From Thermoanaerobaculia bacterium (lineage in GTDB: Bacteria > Acidobacteriota > Thermoanaerobaculia > Gp7-AA8): 34,093 nucleotides of DNA. The translations under genes were made by a program, and so were the position numbers. A model generated the notes under the pieces. That model worked only from the letters and a program-made list of their open reading frames with translations. It had not been told where the DNA came from and searched no databases. Where the stretch lies: assembly GCA_035632455.1 (NCBI GenBank), contig DASQGS010000325.1, forward strand, positions 1 to 34,093, in the 5' to 3' direction. Below are positions 32,182 through 34,093 of this stretch, in pieces; positions within the stretch are counted from its first letter, which is position 1, and each line of letters opens with the position of its first letter.

Positions 32182-33264
32182 ATGAAGTTCACCGACAAGC
32201 TGCAGTACCTTCGCTACCTCGTGGACAAACGGGGGATGAAGCCTGTCTACATGATTCTCGGGCTGACCTACGACTGCAATTCTTTCTGCCGCACCTGCTT
32301 CAACTGGGAGCAGCTCCGCAAGAACAAGGAGCATGAGCTTTCGTTCGAGGAGATTCAGAAGACGTTCTCGACCCTCGGCGATCTGCTGTTCGTGGTCATG
32401 AGCGGCGGCGAGCCGTTCCTGCGTCGCGACCTTCCCGAGGTCTGCGAGATGCTGTCGACGCAGAATCACGCCAAGCAGATCACCATTCCGACGGGCGCGA
32501 TCGCCAGCGATCTCATCGCCCGCGCCGTTGAAACGACGCTCCAGCGCTGCCCGGCCACACAGATCGTGGTGAACCTTTCGATCGATCACATCGGCGAGAA
32601 GCACGACTGGATTCGCGGCGTGCCGGGCAACTACGAGAAGGCGAAGAAGACGTACGCCGGCCTGATGCCGCTGAAGAAGAAGTACTCGAACCTGACGGTG
32701 AACGTGCACACATGCCTGTGCACCTACAACGCCGACGATCTCGACGTGCTGTTCGAGGGCGTGAAGCGCGATTTCCCGGAGGTCTCGTTTCATTCATTCG
32801 AGATGTTGCGCGGGGATCAGCCGGACAAGAACATCCAGCCGGTCTCGACCGAGCGCTATCGCGAGCTGCTGCCGAGGCTCGAGGCGTACTGGAGCACGTA
32901 CCGCAACTACGATGGCTTCCTCAAGTTCGTGAAGGTCTACTCGCGGCGGATCGAGCTGGCGGTGCTGGAGCAGGAGACGCAGGTGCGCCCCTGCCACGCC
33001 GGCTACATCTCGGGAGTGCTCGACGCGCGAGGCGAGGTGCGGATGTGCGAGCTGCGCGACGCGGTGGGCAACGTCCGCGACACGGGCTACGATTTCGGCA
33101 AGCTCTGGTTCTCCGAGGCCGCGGACAAACAGCGGGCGTCGATCAAGGCGAAGGAGTGCCACTGCACGCACTCCTGCTTCATGTCGTCGTCGCTGGTGTT
33201 CGACATGCGCACCTGGGGAGCGTACTTCGCGTCGACGGTCGTGAATTTCCTGTCGGCGGCATGA
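32182..33264 (+). CDS. Radical SAM enzyme with SPASM/twitch-like C-terminal Cys cluster (360 aa)
   Basis: CX3CX2C motif in LGLTYDCNSFCRTCFNW. Contains SGGEPFLRRD. The C-terminal CHAGYISGVLDARGEVRMC fits C-x12-G-x4-C and is followed by ECHCTHSC. The stop overlaps the next start (ATGA at 33261-33264). Confidence 0.85.
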   Translation: MKFTDKLQYLRYLVDKRGMKPVYMILGLTYDCNSFCRTCFNWEQLRKNKEHELSFEEIQKTFSTLGDLLFVVMSGGEPFLRRDLPEVCEMLSTQNHAKQITIPTGAIASDLIARAVETTLQRCPATQIVVNLSIDHIGEKHDWIRGVPGNYEKAKKTYAGLMPLKKKYSNLTVNVHTCLCTYNADDLDVLFEGVKRDFPEVSFHSFEMLRGDQPDKNIQPVSTERYRELLPRLEAYWSTYRNYDGFLKFVKVYSRRIELAVLEQETQVRPCHAGYISGVLDARGEVRMCELRDAVGNVRDTGYDFGKLWFSEAADKQRASIKAKECHCTHSCFMSSSLVFDMRTWGAYFASTVVNFLSAA

Positions 33265-34093
33265 ACGAGCGCGTCGCCATCGTCGGCCCCGTCTTTCCCT
33301 ACCGCGCCGGCATTGCCTACTGCACGACCCGGCTCGCCGAGGAGTTGGCGAAGTCATGCGACGTCTCGATCATTTCCTTCAAGCGGCAGTATCCGCGGGC
33401 GTTCTATCCGGGTGGCGACGATATCGATGAGACGCTGCTAGCGAAGACACCGGCGAACGCGCGGTTCGTGCTCGATATCCTGAATCCCTGGACTTGGCTC
33501 CGCGCCGCCCTCGACTTGCGGCGATCGAGACCAGATGCGGTGATCTTCGTGTGGTGGATCTGGGTGTGGGCACTGCCATACCGGCTGTTGCTTGCGTTGC
33601 TGCCGCGATCGACTCGAGTCGTTCTGCAATGCCACAACGTCGGCGACAAGGAGCCGGCATGGTGGAAATCGCTGCTGACGAACGGCGTGCTCCGGCGCGC
33701 CGATGCGTTGATCGTTCACGCGCGAAGCGAGGCCGAGGAGGTGACGCGCCGGCTAGGACGCCGCTCGCCATCGATCCATGCGACGTTTCTGCCTGTCCAC
33801 GAGCTCGGCGGTCCGCCGCCGACGCGCGCCGACGCGCGCGCGATCCTCAGACTTCCCGCCGATGCAAACCTCGCACTTTTCTTCGGCCACGTCCGGCCGT
33901 TCAAGGGGCTCGACATCGCGATTCGCGCCTGGGCTCACCTCGATGTCGAAGCAATTCTCCTGGTCGCCGGCGAGGCGTGGTGGAAGGGGGAGGAGGAGTA
34001 CCGGCGGCTGGCGCGCGAGCTGGGCGTGTGCTTTGTTCAGAGGGACGAGGGACGAGGGACGTGGGACGAGGGACGAGAGACGAGCGCGTTGTG
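33261..34093 (+). CDS. GT4-type glycosyltransferase, 3'-truncated by the window edge (not in the ORF track because it has no stop)
   Basis: Hand translation gives MNERVAIVGPVFPYRAGIAYCTTRLAEEL...ADALIVHARSE...LFFGHVRPFKGLDIAIRAW...LLVAGEAWWKGEEEYRRLARELGV. The frame then runs into GGGACGA repeats (QRDEGRGTWDEGRETSAL). Confidence 0.7.
   Translation, partial: MNERVAIVGPVFPYRAGIAYCTTRLAEELAKSCDVSIISFKRQYPRAFYPGGDDIDETLLAKTPANARFVLDILNPWTWLRAALDLRRSRPDAVIFVWWIWVWALPYRLLLALLPRSTRVVLQCHNVGDKEPAWWKSLLTNGVLRRADALIVHARSEAEEVTRRLGRRSPSIHATFLPVHELGGPPPTRADARAILRLPADANLALFFGHVRPFKGLDIAIRAWAHLDVEAILLVAGEAWWKGEEEYRRLARELGVCFVQRDEGRGTWDEGRETSAL
34040..34093. mobile_element. Second, partial copy of the GGGACGA-armed composite element (same orientation as 30995-31193)
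   Basis: agggacgagggacgagggacgtgggacgagggacgagagacgagcgcgttgtg parallels 31008-31060 (agggacgagggacgagggacgagggacgagagacaagacgcgagggcattgtg). It is cut by the window end. Confidence 0.7.

Noticed and set aside
32158-33357. Minus-strand ORFs 32158-32793 and 32794-33357 antisense to the radical-SAM gene
   Set aside because: They are antisense to an ORF that carries the CX3CX2C and SPASM-like cysteine motifs. Their composition is Arg/Leu/Val/His-rich and they have no start context.

Overview
High-GC bacterial chromosomal fragment; the 60-nt lines I counted in core genes were about 65-68 % G+C. I cannot assign a phylum by eye.

Layout:
- 1-13.5 kb, minus strand: the conserved transcription/translation locus. 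Order of transcription is promoter, tRNA-Thr(TGT), tRNA-Tyr, tRNA-Gly, tRNA-Thr(GGT), rpmG, tRNA-Trp, secE, nusG, rplK, rplA, rplJ, rplL, rpoB, rpoC. No tuf gene sits where it usually does.
- 13.5-24.2 kb: assorted housekeeping and metabolic genes. These are rlmB, a formyltransferase-fold gene, an orphan hypC, a small acidic protein, an amidohydrolase lipoprotein, a beta-barrel OMP, a VanX-type dipeptidase lipoprotein, a luciferase-like monooxygenase, an asparaginase-II gene broken by one in-frame TAG, and a XylG-type semialdehyde dehydrogenase.
- 24.2-28.9 kb: an accessory-looking segment. It holds an XRE regulator with a promoter/operator, a divergent unknown gene, and a three-gene minus-strand operon. 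The operon encodes a 2-TM Pro-rich protein plus two tandem secreted paralogues with an LpoB/FlgO/CsgG-like N-domain, and is partly lower in GC.
- 29-34 kb: a glycan-type cluster. It holds two divergent GT2 genes whose start codons overlap, a small lipoprotein, a radical-SAM/SPASM-like enzyme and a GT4 gene that runs off the window.

Most striking non-genic signal: very dense long palindromic elements. Their arms are tandem 6-10 nt oligomers, and some carry a MITE-like core with GTCATCC(T/C)GAGC inverted termini. They fill intergenic gaps, bracket a tRNA and supply a stop codon. Two same-orientation copies sit inside the GT2 and GT4 coding regions without breaking the frame.

Also notable: RpoB carries an unusual double Cys4 (zinc-ribbon-like) insertion near its N-terminus.
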